Shown: piece after piece, positions 8,996 to 19,311 of the stretch
Numbering within the stretch: position 1 is the stretch's first letter
Layout of the letters: the number at the start of each line of letters is the position of its first letter
Origin: Spirochaetia bacterium
GTDB taxonomy: Bacteria > Spirochaetota > Spirochaetia > Treponematales > Treponemataceae
Reading direction: 5' to 3'
DNA: 52,562 bases
Assembly: GCA_022768685.1 (NCBI GenBank)
Contig: JALEPQ010000057.1
Location: 1-52,562 of the forward strand
Notes under the pieces: model-generated
What the model saw: the letters and a program-made list of their open reading frames with translations, nothing else
Database searches by the model: none
What the model was told of the DNA's origin: nothing
Made by a program: the position numbers and the translations under genes

Positions 8996-10363
8996 CTATT
9001 TTTTATTGAAAAATGCAATATTGCCTCTTCCATTCTGTTTAACTTTATACAAAGCTATATCAGCATTTTTTTCCAGATCTTCATTAAAACCTTGTTCAGA
9101 AAATGCTGCTCCAATACTCAGAGACACAGGAGGCATTCCATCCTTTTCTTCTTTGAGTATATTATTTAAAACTTTTACTTTACTTCTAATATTCGAAATA
9201 GAAGCTTCTGTTACATCCGGCATAATAACAGCAAATTCATCTCCACCAATTCTGGCTACATAGTCAGATGAACGGAACTGCTCCTGCAAATGAGTAGAAA
9301 CATTTCTTAGAACATCATCTCCTATAAGGTGACCATATTCATCATTAATCGACTTGAAAAAATCTACATCTATAATCAAATATGCAAGAGGTTTTTCTGA
9401 AATGGAAAGTTCTTCTTTAATCTGATTAAATGCTTCGCGATTTATTAACCCGGTAAGAGGATCATGTTCTGCTTTATGTTTTAATACAGATGCTGTAACT
9501 GCATTTCTTTCATATAGATTATTATAAGCTTTTGCAATGTACTTTAATTCATAAGCACCCTGCATATTCATTTTCTGATTATTTTCAATATTACCAATAT
9601 GATTATACAGCGGACTTAAAATAAAAATTATAACCATAAGATACAGAACAATGCTAAATACTAAAAGCAAGAGCAAAAAAGAAAAAAGTAAAATAAACTG
9701 TCTGTTAATTCTTGTATCACTATAAGACTGTTCATCCAGATAAGAATATACCAGTTCATTTAATGAAACAGATGTATACTGTGAAATTGAGCGTGAAAAA
9801 TCTTCATAATCTTCATCAAAAATCAGGCTTACTGCAAGTTTTAGTTTTTCCTCATCCGAAAGATTAATATCATTTTCTGATAAAGTTACACTTAAAATCT
9901 GCTCAGGCACATCCAGAGGATTTACCTTATTTGTGTCACAAACAAGTCTCATTGCATAAATTTCTCTAGTCTCTAACAAGGACGATTTTGAAACCGCAGC
10001 TCTAAGATTTACATCTGGTGAATCAAATTTATGACTCATTTCTACAATATTTAAAGCAACTTCCCTTTTCTTAAAATAGTTAATTTCCGTCAGATAATTA
10101 TTAATGTATTTTACATCATGATTTATAACAAAAAGTCTGGCCTGATTAGTCAGATAAGAAGATGTATCTTTTATATCCCTGATAGCTTTGTTACACTCTG
10201 CATAATCAGTCATGGAATCAATTATTCTTTTATATTGAGAACGAATTATTAATGTTGAAAGAAATACGCAAATAATCAGGATACATGAAAGAATCATTAA
10301 AGCCCTGTTAAAAGAACGGACTCTAAATCCCCTTATTGAAGGATCCTTCGAACGTTTAAACAT
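8996..10363 (-). CDS. Diguanylate cyclase with two TM helices and a periplasmic sensor
   Basis: DPLTGL, DVDFFK and intact GGDEF, preceded by an RxxD I-site (RSSD). Confidence 0.9.
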   Translation of the reverse strand: MFKRSKDPSIRGFRVRSFNRALMILSCILIICVFLSTLIIRSQYKRIIDSMTDYAECNKAIRDIKDTSSYLTNQARLFVINHDVKYINNYLTEINYFKKREVALNIVEMSHKFDSPDVNLRAAVSKSSLLETREIYAMRLVCDTNKVNPLDVPEQILSVTLSENDINLSDEEKLKLAVSLIFDEDYEDFSRSISQYTSVSLNELVYSYLDEQSYSDTRINRQFILLFSFLLLLLVFSIVLYLMVIIFILSPLYNHIGNIENNQKMNMQGAYELKYIAKAYNNLYERNAVTASVLKHKAEHDPLTGLINREAFNQIKEELSISEKPLAYLIIDVDFFKSINDEYGHLIGDDVLRNVSTHLQEQFRSSDYVARIGGDEFAVIMPDVTEASISNIRSKVKVLNNILKEEKDGMPPVSLSIGAAFSEQGFNEDLEKNADIALYKVKQNGRGNIAFFNKK

Positions 10364-10453
10364 AAATATATTTTCCCACCACGAATATATCTGTTTAAAT
10401 TTACTTACTGTGTAATTTTAAGTCAAGAATAAGAAGCAGATTTATCGTGGGAT

Positions 10454-11257
10454 TTATCGCAGTGTTTTCTGATTAGAAAGAAGAATCAATATCTTAAAAA
10501 ATAATTCAAAACTCTGAACAGTAAGATTTTCTGCATTATCTTCTCTGGAATGAAGCATTTCCCAGGTTTTTGGCTTTAGACCTGAATGAAGATATTCATT
10601 TACTTCGTCAGAAGGAAGCATACTGACAGCTATTGCAGGAATCCCATTTACAATAAAACCTGCATTATCACTATAACTACATGGAATTTTAAACCACTTT
10701 CCACCTGAAGCTGATTTCAATAGTTTTTCAGTTTTATTTTCCAGTTCAATTAATCCTTTTGCAAGTCTTGAAGGTAGTTTTTCAGGAAGAGGATTTTCAC
10801 AGATAATGGGAATACTGCCACGGCCCATACAGTCAAAAACATAAACTTCATCTTCTGTAATACCAAGTTTTTTAAAAGTCTGTGCAAGAGAAAATGCCCC
10901 CTGCTCATTAATTCCATCACCGCCTGATTCTTCACCATCAGTAAAAATAATCCGGATATTATGAGTACCAGAAATCTTAATAAGCTGCCTGACAAAAAGC
11001 ATGAGAACAAACACTGCAAAAGAATTATCATTTGCACCGGGAGAACCTGGAAAAACATCATAATGGGCAATAACAGTTTTTATTTTAAAAAGAGGATTAT
11101 ACTGTTCCAAAGGAAATTTTACGTAAATATGACTTTTTCCTTCTTTTTGGATAACAGGGGCATCTATTCCACCTTCATTCAGATAATCCTGAATAAAAGA
11201 TTTTCTATCTGATACACATAAGAAATCTAAAAAATCTTTATAATCTTCCTTTGTCAT
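10454..11257 (-). CDS. M28-family metallopeptidase
   Basis: Motifs AHYD, PGANDNS, FTDGEE, SDN and C-terminal HS..D. Confidence 0.8.
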   Translation of the reverse strand: MTKEDYKDFLDFLCVSDRKSFIQDYLNEGGIDAPVIQKEGKSHIYVKFPLEQYNPLFKIKTVIAHYDVFPGSPGANDNSFAVFVLMLFVRQLIKISGTHNIRIIFTDGEESGGDGINEQGAFSLAQTFKKLGITEDEVYVFDCMGRGSIPIICENPLPEKLPSRLAKGLIELENKTEKLLKSASGGKWFKIPCSYSDNAGFIVNGIPAIAVSMLPSDEVNEYLHSGLKPKTWEMLHSREDNAENLTVQSFELFFKILILLSNQKTLR

Positions 11258-11410
11258 ACAGTAATCTTACAGAATTTTACAGGAATCTGCCACAATCAAC
11301 ATTTCTTAAAAAATACTTAATAGATTTAGTATCATTTAAACATATAACTAATTCCTAATTTTTTTATAATGTGTTATAGTATCTAAAATCTATTTTTCAG
11401 AGGAAATATT

Positions 11411-12910
11411 ATGTCTACACCTTTAGAGAATTATTTGGCTTCATGTAATGGAAAGCCTACAGCTGCAATGTGTGCTTACGTTGCAAATCTTCAGCAGGTA
11501 GCTGCAGTTGGTCCTGATATTGCTGCCTCAATTGTAAATGAATTGGAAAATCAGCGCAGTCACCTGAAATTAGTTGCTTCAGAAAACTACTGTTCTTTGA
11601 ACACTCAGGCAGCTATGGGAAACCTTCTTACAGATAAATATGCTGAAGGTTATCCAGAACACAGATACTATGGTGGTTGTGTAAACATTGATGCAGTGGA
11701 AAATACAGCAGCTCGTGAAGCTGAAGCTCTTTTTGGTGCAGATTATGCTTATGTTCAGCCACATTCTGGAGCTGATACAAATCTGGTTGCTTATTGGGCA
11801 ATTCTTTCTGCAAAAGTTGAAACTCCAACACTTGAAGAATTAGGAGTAAAATCATTAAACGATTTAACAGATGAACAGTTCGCTGAATTACGCGTAAAAT
11901 TCGGTAATCAGAAATTAATGGGTCTTGATTATTCATGTGGTGGTCACCTTACTCACGGTTATAAAATGAACGTTTCTGCCAGAATGTTTGAAAGTCATCC
12001 TTATGGTGTAGATAAAGAAACTGGACTTTTAGACTATGATGCAATTGAAAAACAGGCTATGGAAGTTAAACCTTTGATTCTTTTAACAGGTTTCTCTGCA
12101 TACCCAAGAAAAATCAACTTCAAACGTTTCCGCGAAATTGCTGATAAATGTGGAGCTGTATTAATGGTTGATATGGCACACTTTGCAGGTCTTGTTGCAG
12201 GTAAAGTTTTCACTGGTGATTATGATCCTGTAAAATGGGCAGACATTGTAACTACAACAACTCACAAAACTTTACGAGGACCACGTGGAGCTATGATTCT
12301 TTGTAAAAAAGAATTTGCTGACTATGTAAATAAAGGTTGTCCTATGGTATTAGGTGGTCCTCTTGGTCATGTTATGGCAGCAAAGGCAATTGCTTTCAAA
12401 GAAGCAAGAACACCTGAATATCAGGCATGGGCTCAGCAGGTTGTAAAAAATGCAGCTGCACTTGCAGAAGGCTGTAAGGCTCATGGAATTCCACTCCAGA
12501 CAGGTGGTACGGACAATCACCTTATGCTCTGTGATGTAACAGTTTACGGGCTTACAGGAAAACAGGCCGAAGCAGCTCTTTTCCAGTGTGGTGTAACAGC
12601 TAACGCAAATGCCCTTCCTTATGACAAAAACGGTGCATGGTGGACATCTGGAATCCGTATTGGTACACCAGGTTTAACAACACTTGGTATGAATGAAGCT
12701 GACATGAAAGAAGTTGCTGACATCATTGACTTTGTTCTCAAAGGAACAAAACCAGGTCTTACAAAAGAAGGAAAACCTGCAAAAGGTAAAATTGATCTTG
12801 ATCCAAAAGTTCAGGAAGAAGCTAGAGCCAGAGTTAACAAACTTTTAGGAGCTCATGTTCTTTATCCAGAACTGGACTTAGATTTTTTGAAAAAAGAATT
12901 CTGTAAGTAA
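11411..12910 (+). CDS. glyA: Serine hydroxymethyltransferase (long form)
   Basis: Motifs LVASEN, YAEGYP, GGHLTHG and TTTHKTLRGPRG. SD GAGG. Confidence 0.97.
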   Translation: MSTPLENYLASCNGKPTAAMCAYVANLQQVAAVGPDIAASIVNELENQRSHLKLVASENYCSLNTQAAMGNLLTDKYAEGYPEHRYYGGCVNIDAVENTAAREAEALFGADYAYVQPHSGADTNLVAYWAILSAKVETPTLEELGVKSLNDLTDEQFAELRVKFGNQKLMGLDYSCGGHLTHGYKMNVSARMFESHPYGVDKETGLLDYDAIEKQAMEVKPLILLTGFSAYPRKINFKRFREIADKCGAVLMVDMAHFAGLVAGKVFTGDYDPVKWADIVTTTTHKTLRGPRGAMILCKKEFADYVNKGCPMVLGGPLGHVMAAKAIAFKEARTPEYQAWAQQVVKNAAALAEGCKAHGIPLQTGGTDNHLMLCDVTVYGLTGKQAEAALFQCGVTANANALPYDKNGAWWTSGIRIGTPGLTTLGMNEADMKEVADIIDFVLKGTKPGLTKEGKPAKGKIDLDPKVQEEARARVNKLLGAHVLYPELDLDFLKKEFCK

Positions 12911-12933
12911 TTTTTTTATAAAGAATATTTCTG

Positions 12934-12980
12934 AATCCCAATAAAAATGGCAGAACACTATTTTTATTGGGATTTTTTTT
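12934..12980 (+). terminator. Intrinsic terminator after glyA
   Basis: 15-bp stem AATCCCAATAAAAAT/ATTTTTATTGGGATT followed by a T-run. Confidence 0.75.
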
Positions 12981-13047
12981 GAAATCGTTTTTTCTTGTAA
13001 ATCAATAATTGTATATTATAATTTAATATTATAAGGAGAGTTAGTTT

Positions 13048-15132
13048 ATGCGTAGTTTAAAAAAGACACTACTTTTTGCATTTGTTAATGCTACTTTTCT
13101 CAGCAGCATTACTTTATTCTTTATATCAGTACGCTTTTCAGGAAAAGCTTTAAGAACAGTTTATAGAGATGATGCTTTTGTTATTGCAGACCGAATAAAC
13201 GATTCTGTAAGCGAAGTTATTCAGGAAAAATTCAAGTTTCTTGAACTTATTTCTTCAATGGATGTTTTTCAGGATGAATCAATTTCCATTCAGGAAAAAT
13301 GTTCTGCACTATCTCCAATTGTAAAGAGGAATTCTAAGGAAATAATCAGCCTCTCATATCTTTCTGCTGAAGGACAAACTTATGTAAATGGAAGACTACA
13401 GGACTTTTCATCAGCACCAATAATCAAAGATTTAAAATCTAAAAATTCAAGTGTACTATTTGGGCCAACAGTTAATAATGTTACAAATACACTTTCCATA
13501 AATATTGCCACACCTGTAAAAAATGAACAGGGCTCTATGACAGGTATTATTTTAGCATGTTTAAACTGTGATTTTTTATGTAATATTTCATCCCGCATAA
13601 AAATTGGACAGACTGGCTATGGAATAATAATAGACAGAACAACAGGAAACACAATTGGAGCACCTCAAAAAGAAGATGTTGAAAAAAAACAAAATTTACT
13701 TGCAATTGCAGAACATCAGAAATATGAAGATCTTGGTATGAATGTAAAAAAAGCTCTGGAAGGAAAAACCGACTGGGGCTATTTCACAATAGGCGGTGTA
13801 AAGAGAGCTATGTTCTATCGTCCAGTGGAATGTGCTAACTGGGTAGTTGTATTAATGGTAAGTGAATCTGAATTTATTGCAAAACTAAAAAGCATGGAAA
13901 CTATTCTCTTTGGACTTACAGGAATAATTCTTCTTATAAGCCTCCTTGTAGCACTCAGAATTGGCAGTGCATTAAATCCTCTTAGAAATGTTGGACAGGC
14001 TATAACAGAAATTGCTTCTGGAAATGCAGATCTTACAAAACGTCTTAATATTAAGAAAGCTAAACAAGAAGTTTCTGCAGTAGTAGATGGGTTCAATAAT
14101 TTTACAGAAAAAATGCAGTCAATTGTTGGAGCTATTAAAGATTCTCAAAATAGACTTGCTATTGCAGATGAACAGCTAAATGCCAGCACCCAGGACACTG
14201 CTGCTTCAATCACACAGATTATTGCAAACATTGACAGTGTTAATTCCCAGATTTTAAACCAGGCTAACAGCGTTCAGGAGACTGCAGGTGCAGTAAACGA
14301 AATTGCATCAAACATTGAATCTCTTGAAAAGATGATTGAAAATCAGTCTGCAGGTGTAACACAGGCTTCAAGTGCCGTTGAACAGATGGTAGGAAACATC
14401 AACGCTGTAAATTCTTCTGTAGAAAAAATGGTTTCTTCTTTCGCTGAACTTGAACAGAATGCAACTTCCGGCATTCATACACAATCTGATGTAAATGACA
14501 GAATCAGACAGATTGAAGAACAGTCAAAAATGCTTCAGGATGCCAATACTGCCATTGCAGAAATTGCAGAACAGACAAACTTGCTGGCCATGAACGCTGC
14601 AATTGAAGCTGCCCACGCAGGTGAAGCTGGAAAAGGTTTCTCTGTAGTTGCTGATGAAATCCGTAAACTTTCAGAAACTTCTACATCCCAGTCAAAATCA
14701 ATTGGTGATGAACTTACAAAAATTGAAAGTTCCATTATTGAAGTTGTGTCTGCTTCTGATAAAGCCACAGCTGCATTTACCTCGGTTTCTACAAGCATCA
14801 AGAGTACTGATGAAATTTTACGACAGATCAGAAGTGCCATGGAAGAACAGCAGATTGGTTCTAAGCAGATTATAGATGCCCTGCACTTCATGAATGACAG
14901 TACAACAGAAGTAAAATCCGCTTCTAAGGAAATGTCAGAGGGAAATAAGCATATTCTTTCACAGATTGAAAATCTTCAGAATGTAACTGCAAACATGAAA
15001 GACAGCATTACAGAAATGTCTGCCGGAGCAAAAAAAATCAACGAAACAGGTGCTTCTCTTTCATCAATTTCTGGAAAAGTTACAGAATCTATCAGGCAGA
15101 TTGGAGATGAAATAAATCAGTTTAAAATCTAA
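13048..15132 (+). CDS. Methyl-accepting chemotaxis protein (Cache-like sensor, HAMP, MCP signal domain)
   Basis: Two TM helices and the hairpin tip [44 protein letters not shown]. Confidence 0.95.
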   Translation: MRSLKKTLLFAFVNATFLSSITLFFISVRFSGKALRTVYRDDAFVIADRINDSVSEVIQEKFKFLELISSMDVFQDESISIQEKCSALSPIVKRNSKEIISLSYLSAEGQTYVNGRLQDFSSAPIIKDLKSKNSSVLFGPTVNNVTNTLSINIATPVKNEQGSMTGIILACLNCDFLCNISSRIKIGQTGYGIIIDRTTGNTIGAPQKEDVEKKQNLLAIAEHQKYEDLGMNVKKALEGKTDWGYFTIGGVKRAMFYRPVECANWVVVLMVSESEFIAKLKSMETILFGLTGIILLISLLVALRIGSALNPLRNVGQAITEIASGNADLTKRLNIKKAKQEVSAVVDGFNNFTEKMQSIVGAIKDSQNRLAIADEQLNASTQDTAASITQIIANIDSVNSQILNQANSVQETAGAVNEIASNIESLEKMIENQSAGVTQASSAVEQMVGNINAVNSSVEKMVSSFAELEQNATSGIHTQSDVNDRIRQIEEQSKMLQDANTAIAEIAEQTNLLAMNAAIEAAHAGEAGKGFSVVADEIRKLSETSTSQSKSIGDELTKIESSIIEVVSASDKATAAFTSVSTSIKSTDEILRQIRSAMEEQQIGSKQIIDALHFMNDSTTEVKSASKEMSEGNKHILSQIENLQNVTANMKDSITEMSAGAKKINETGASLSSISGKVTESIRQIGDEINQFKI

Positions 15133-15151
15133 CCATCAGTTGATAATCATT

Positions 15152-16111
15152 CTATAACACACAGCGAACTTTATGCCCTTTTTCAACCTCTTTGAAATGG
15201 GGCATATTTTTTTTGCAAAAATCAGTTGCGTATGAACATCTGTAGGCAAATGGACAGCACTCTTCAATTTTTAAAGTTGTCTGTACCTCTTGATTAGAAC
15301 TGCTAAACATTCCTTGTGCCCCTGCAAACAGAAGTTTTGTATATGGATGTTCTGCAGTTTTATACAGATCTTTTGCTGGAGCTTCTTCTACAAGTACACC
15401 TCTATACATTACTCCAATCACATCTGAAAAAAAACAGGCAACTTTCAAATCATGGGTGATAAATATATAACTTAAGTTTCTGTTTTCTTTTAGTTGAGTA
15501 AGAAGATTTATAATTTGTCCTTGAATAGAAACATCCAGTGCAGAAACAACTTCATCGCAAATTAAAAGCTGAGGATTCATTATTAATCCTCTGGCTATTG
15601 AAATTCGTTGTCTTTGTCCTCCTGAAAACTCTGATGGTCTACGGTATAAATCTTCTGAAGAAAGTCCTACTTCCTGTATAATTTTTTCACACAATTCAAC
15701 AGATTCTTTTTTTCCTTTCCATAAAGAAGAATACCTCAAGCCTGCTGTAAGAACATCATAAATATTCATTCTAGGATTTAATGAACGGGCTGGATCTTGA
15801 AAAATATATTTTACTTTTTCTCTGTATAAACGAAGCTCTTTCTTTGAATAATCAGACACATTTTTATCTAGTTCATTATCTGCATCATAAAAAAATATTT
15901 CACCAGAAGTCTGTTTATACATTTGAATTATCATTCTTGCAGTTGTCGTTTTGCCACAACCAGACTCTCCTACAATTCCATAAGTAGATCCACAATCTAT
16001 GCTAAAAGAAACATCATTAACTGCAAAAACATTCTGTTTATTTTTTGAAAAAAATCCAGCTTCAAGGTTAAACTGTTTTGAAAGATGATTTATCTCTAAT
16101 ATTTTCTTCAT
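15152..16111 (-). CDS. Oligopeptide ABC transporter ATP-binding protein (OppF-like)
   Basis: GESGCGKT, FSGGQRQR, ICDE and an HPYT C-terminal domain. Confidence 0.92.
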   Translation of the reverse strand: MKKILEINHLSKQFNLEAGFFSKNKQNVFAVNDVSFSIDCGSTYGIVGESGCGKTTTARMIIQMYKQTSGEIFFYDADNELDKNVSDYSKKELRLYREKVKYIFQDPARSLNPRMNIYDVLTAGLRYSSLWKGKKESVELCEKIIQEVGLSSEDLYRRPSEFSGGQRQRISIARGLIMNPQLLICDEVVSALDVSIQGQIINLLTQLKENRNLSYIFITHDLKVACFFSDVIGVMYRGVLVEEAPAKDLYKTAEHPYTKLLFAGAQGMFSSSNQEVQTTLKIEECCPFAYRCSYATDFCKKNMPHFKEVEKGHKVRCVL

Positions 16112-16131
16112 ATAATCCTCTTACTAAAAAA

Positions 16132-18207
16132 CTATTTTTCATTCTGCTTCCAGCATTTATTTTCATTTTTTTTGCACTCATTTTTGCTAAAAGCACATCT
16201 TGGAGAAAAAGGACAACCTGCAGGTGGATTTGCAGGATCTGAAACTCTCCCCGGAATAAACCTCATTTTCTGTTGGGTATAGTGTGTTCCAAATTCCGGG
16301 AGGGCACTTACAAGAGCCTGCGTATAAGGATGACCAGGATTATTTATAATATCATCAGGAGTTCCAGTTTCCATAATTTTACCACCATACATTACAGCAA
16401 TCCTGTTTGAAATTTTTGCAACCAGATTAATGTTATGGCTGATAAAAATAATAGAAAGTCCTTTTTCATCCTTCAATTTAAGGAGTAAGGAAATTATCTG
16501 TGATTGAATAGTCACATCCAAGGCAGTAGTAGGTTCATCTGCAATTAATAATTCACAATTTTGAGCCAATGCAAGAGCAATTCCAATTCTTTGAAGCTGA
16601 CCACCACTAAACTGATGTGGATATGAAGAAAGTCTGCTTGAAGGTTCAGGAATGCCTACATCACTTAATAATTTTTCAGCTTTTTTATATGCTTCTTCTT
16701 TTGAAATTTTAGGATTTTCAATTCTAAAAGTCTCCCAGAAAACCTTTCCAATACTTTGAAGAGGATCAAATGAACGGCCTGGTTCCTGAAAAATCAATGC
16801 AATTTTTTTACCTCTATATTCCCGTAATTCTTTCTGAGACAATGTTAACAAATCAGTACCTTTATAGAAGATATGTCCCTCAGTAAATGCATTTTTAGGC
16901 AATAATCCGGGAATGGCAGTTGTAGAAACAGATTTTCCACTACCAGATTCTCCTACAATACCAAGAATTTCACCCTTATTTAAACTGAATGAAACACCCC
17001 GTGCCGCATAAATCGGTATCATTTTATTTCCACGTAAAATCTGGAATGTAACTTTCAAATTTTGCACTGCCAGCAATGTATTTTCATTGCATATAACATT
17101 TTCCTCTGTATTTTCACAATGTTTTTTTTCTGTATTAAAATCTTGTTTATTAAACTTAAATTTTTTTGAAAAAACAGCTCCATAAGGATCAAAGTAATCT
17201 CTTAGAGCATCTCCTAAAAAATTAAACGCAAGAGTAACTAAAAGGAGCATCAGGACAGGATATAAAAGCCAAGGAAAATTCCGTAAATTCGAAATTGTGG
17301 AAATATCTCTGTTAATTAAGGAACCCCAGCTTACTGCAGGATCAGCAATTCCTAAACCAAGATAAGATAAAGTGGTTTCACTCATAATAAAACCTGGAAC
17401 ACTCAAAGTTACACTCACTATTAAAAGACTTGAAATCTGAGGAATAATATGTTTTGCAATTATAATTACTGGAGGTACACCTTCAATATCTGCATCAACA
17501 ACAAATTCTTCTCTTTTAATTGAATGAACAATACCCCGGATAGTCCGTGCTGTTCCAGGCCAGCCTACAAGGGCAAGAATGATTGTAATAATAAAATAGG
17601 ATGTACCAGTATCCATTTTAGTATTTAATAAAGAACGTAAAAAAAGAATAAAATACAGACTTGGAATCAACATGAAAAATTCAGAAATTCTCATAATAGT
17701 CCAATCTGTGGAACCACCAGAAAATCCTGAAATTCCACCAAGCAGAACCGCCAGCAGTATGGAAATTGCAGTAGCAACAAATCCAATTGTTAAAGAAATG
17801 CGGCTGCCATATATAATTCTGCTGAACAAATCTCTTCCAAGATGATCTGCTCCAAGTAAATATGCAGGATAAGCATTATTTTCAGTACCAAAAAGGTGCC
17901 GGTCACAAGGAATTATTCCAAGGATTTTATATTTTTCGCCTTTTACAAACCACTTTAAACGATGAATACATTCACTGTTTTTCACACGTCTATATTCCCA
18001 GGTAATTTTGTTTATGGCCCTGTATTCCCTGACTTTTCCACTTAACTGAATGTTAGAAGGATGATATGTATTATTTTCAAAAGTAAGAGTTGCAGAATAT
18101 GGTGCAAAAAATTCTGCAAAAATCATCACAAAATAAATGATAAAAAGAAAAATAACAGAAATAAATGCTAATTTTCGCTTTTTTAAATACTGCCAGAAAT
18201 TATTCAT
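16132..18207 (-). CDS. Fused oligopeptide ABC permease + ATPase (OppC-OppD)
   Basis: Permease motif LGADHLGRDLFSR, then GESGSGKS, FSGGQLQR and DEPTTALD in one uninterrupted frame. Confidence 0.9.
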   Translation of the reverse strand: MNNFWQYLKKRKLAFISVIFLFIIYFVMIFAEFFAPYSATLTFENNTYHPSNIQLSGKVREYRAINKITWEYRRVKNSECIHRLKWFVKGEKYKILGIIPCDRHLFGTENNAYPAYLLGADHLGRDLFSRIIYGSRISLTIGFVATAISILLAVLLGGISGFSGGSTDWTIMRISEFFMLIPSLYFILFLRSLLNTKMDTGTSYFIITIILALVGWPGTARTIRGIVHSIKREEFVVDADIEGVPPVIIIAKHIIPQISSLLIVSVTLSVPGFIMSETTLSYLGLGIADPAVSWGSLINRDISTISNLRNFPWLLYPVLMLLLVTLAFNFLGDALRDYFDPYGAVFSKKFKFNKQDFNTEKKHCENTEENVICNENTLLAVQNLKVTFQILRGNKMIPIYAARGVSFSLNKGEILGIVGESGSGKSVSTTAIPGLLPKNAFTEGHIFYKGTDLLTLSQKELREYRGKKIALIFQEPGRSFDPLQSIGKVFWETFRIENPKISKEEAYKKAEKLLSDVGIPEPSSRLSSYPHQFSGGQLQRIGIALALAQNCELLIADEPTTALDVTIQSQIISLLLKLKDEKGLSIIFISHNINLVAKISNRIAVMYGGKIMETGTPDDIINNPGHPYTQALVSALPEFGTHYTQQKMRFIPGRVSDPANPPAGCPFSPRCAFSKNECKKNENKCWKQNEK

Positions 18208-18212
18208 ATAAC

Positions 18213-19301
18213 CTACTTATATCTGATTCTTGGATCTACAATTGCAAGAAGAATATCACTTATGAGCATTCCCACAAGTACCAGCGCAGAAATAAACATT
18301 GAATTTGCAAGGACAAGATTTATATCCTGCTGCATTACAGCTTCATACATCAAACGCCCTATTCCAGGATAAGCAAAAATAATTTCAAGAACTAAAGAGC
18401 CACTGAATAAACTGGCAAGAAGATTTGCACTGCCTGTAATATAAGGATTTAATGTATTTCTGAATGCATGATTTAAATAAACCCGTTTTTCACTTACACC
18501 TCTGGCCCTAAGAGCAAAAATATAAGGCATTCCCATCTGATCCAGCATTGTTGCACGAATCATTCTCATAGTTCCTCCTGCTCCACCCAAAAAAGATGCC
18601 AATAAGGGAAGAAAAATATGATGAACATAACTAAAAGTAAATCGTAAGGGAGCTTCTCCAAAAGTAAAATCTGGATATGCCGTAACAGGAAAAAGTCCCG
18701 TTACAGATGCAAAAAGCTGGAACAAAATAAGTAAGAGAATTCCTGGAAAAGCATGAAAAAATAATGCAAAAAAAGTAACTCCTATATCAAGATTTGTCCC
18801 CGCTTTACTGGAGAAGAAAACTCCTAATATAAATGAAAATATAGTAATAAAAACAAGTGAAATAAGATTCAAAAGTACAGAATTCCACAATCTGCTTTTT
18901 ATTAAAAAACTGACTGGAGCTCTGGAAATCAGACTTGTTCCTAAATCGTGATCAATCAAAACTCTATGAAGCCATTTAAAATACTGAACATAAAATGGTT
19001 TATCAAGGCCAAATTCTTCCCTAAGCTGCTGAACTTGAATTTCATTCATGAGTTCACTATTTTCACTGGAAGATGTTACTCTGCCACCTTCAGAACTGCT
19101 CATCAGCTGCTGACTCATCATCTGGTCCACAATATCACCAGGTGCAAGTACCATTAATCCAAACAATGCAAATCCTAGTAAAAAAAGAAGCACCACCATA
19201 GTAATTACACGACCAGTTATAAAAGATGCCAGAGGAGATTTTTTTCTGAACCACTTCCAGGGAAAGCTGACTGTATATCCAATTTTTTTTGCAATATTCA
19301 T
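18213..19301 (-). CDS. Oligopeptide ABC permease (OppB-like)
   Basis: Motifs PGD, GLDKPFYVQY and RARGVSE..HAFRN. Confidence 0.92.
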   Translation of the reverse strand: MNIAKKIGYTVSFPWKWFRKKSPLASFITGRVITMVVLLFLLGFALFGLMVLAPGDIVDQMMSQQLMSSSEGGRVTSSSENSELMNEIQVQQLREEFGLDKPFYVQYFKWLHRVLIDHDLGTSLISRAPVSFLIKSRLWNSVLLNLISLVFITIFSFILGVFFSSKAGTNLDIGVTFFALFFHAFPGILLLILFQLFASVTGLFPVTAYPDFTFGEAPLRFTFSYVHHIFLPLLASFLGGAGGTMRMIRATMLDQMGMPYIFALRARGVSEKRVYLNHAFRNTLNPYITGSANLLASLFSGSLVLEIIFAYPGIGRLMYEAVMQQDINLVLANSMFISALVLVGMLISDILLAIVDPRIRYK

Positions 19302-19311
19302 AAAAGCCTCA

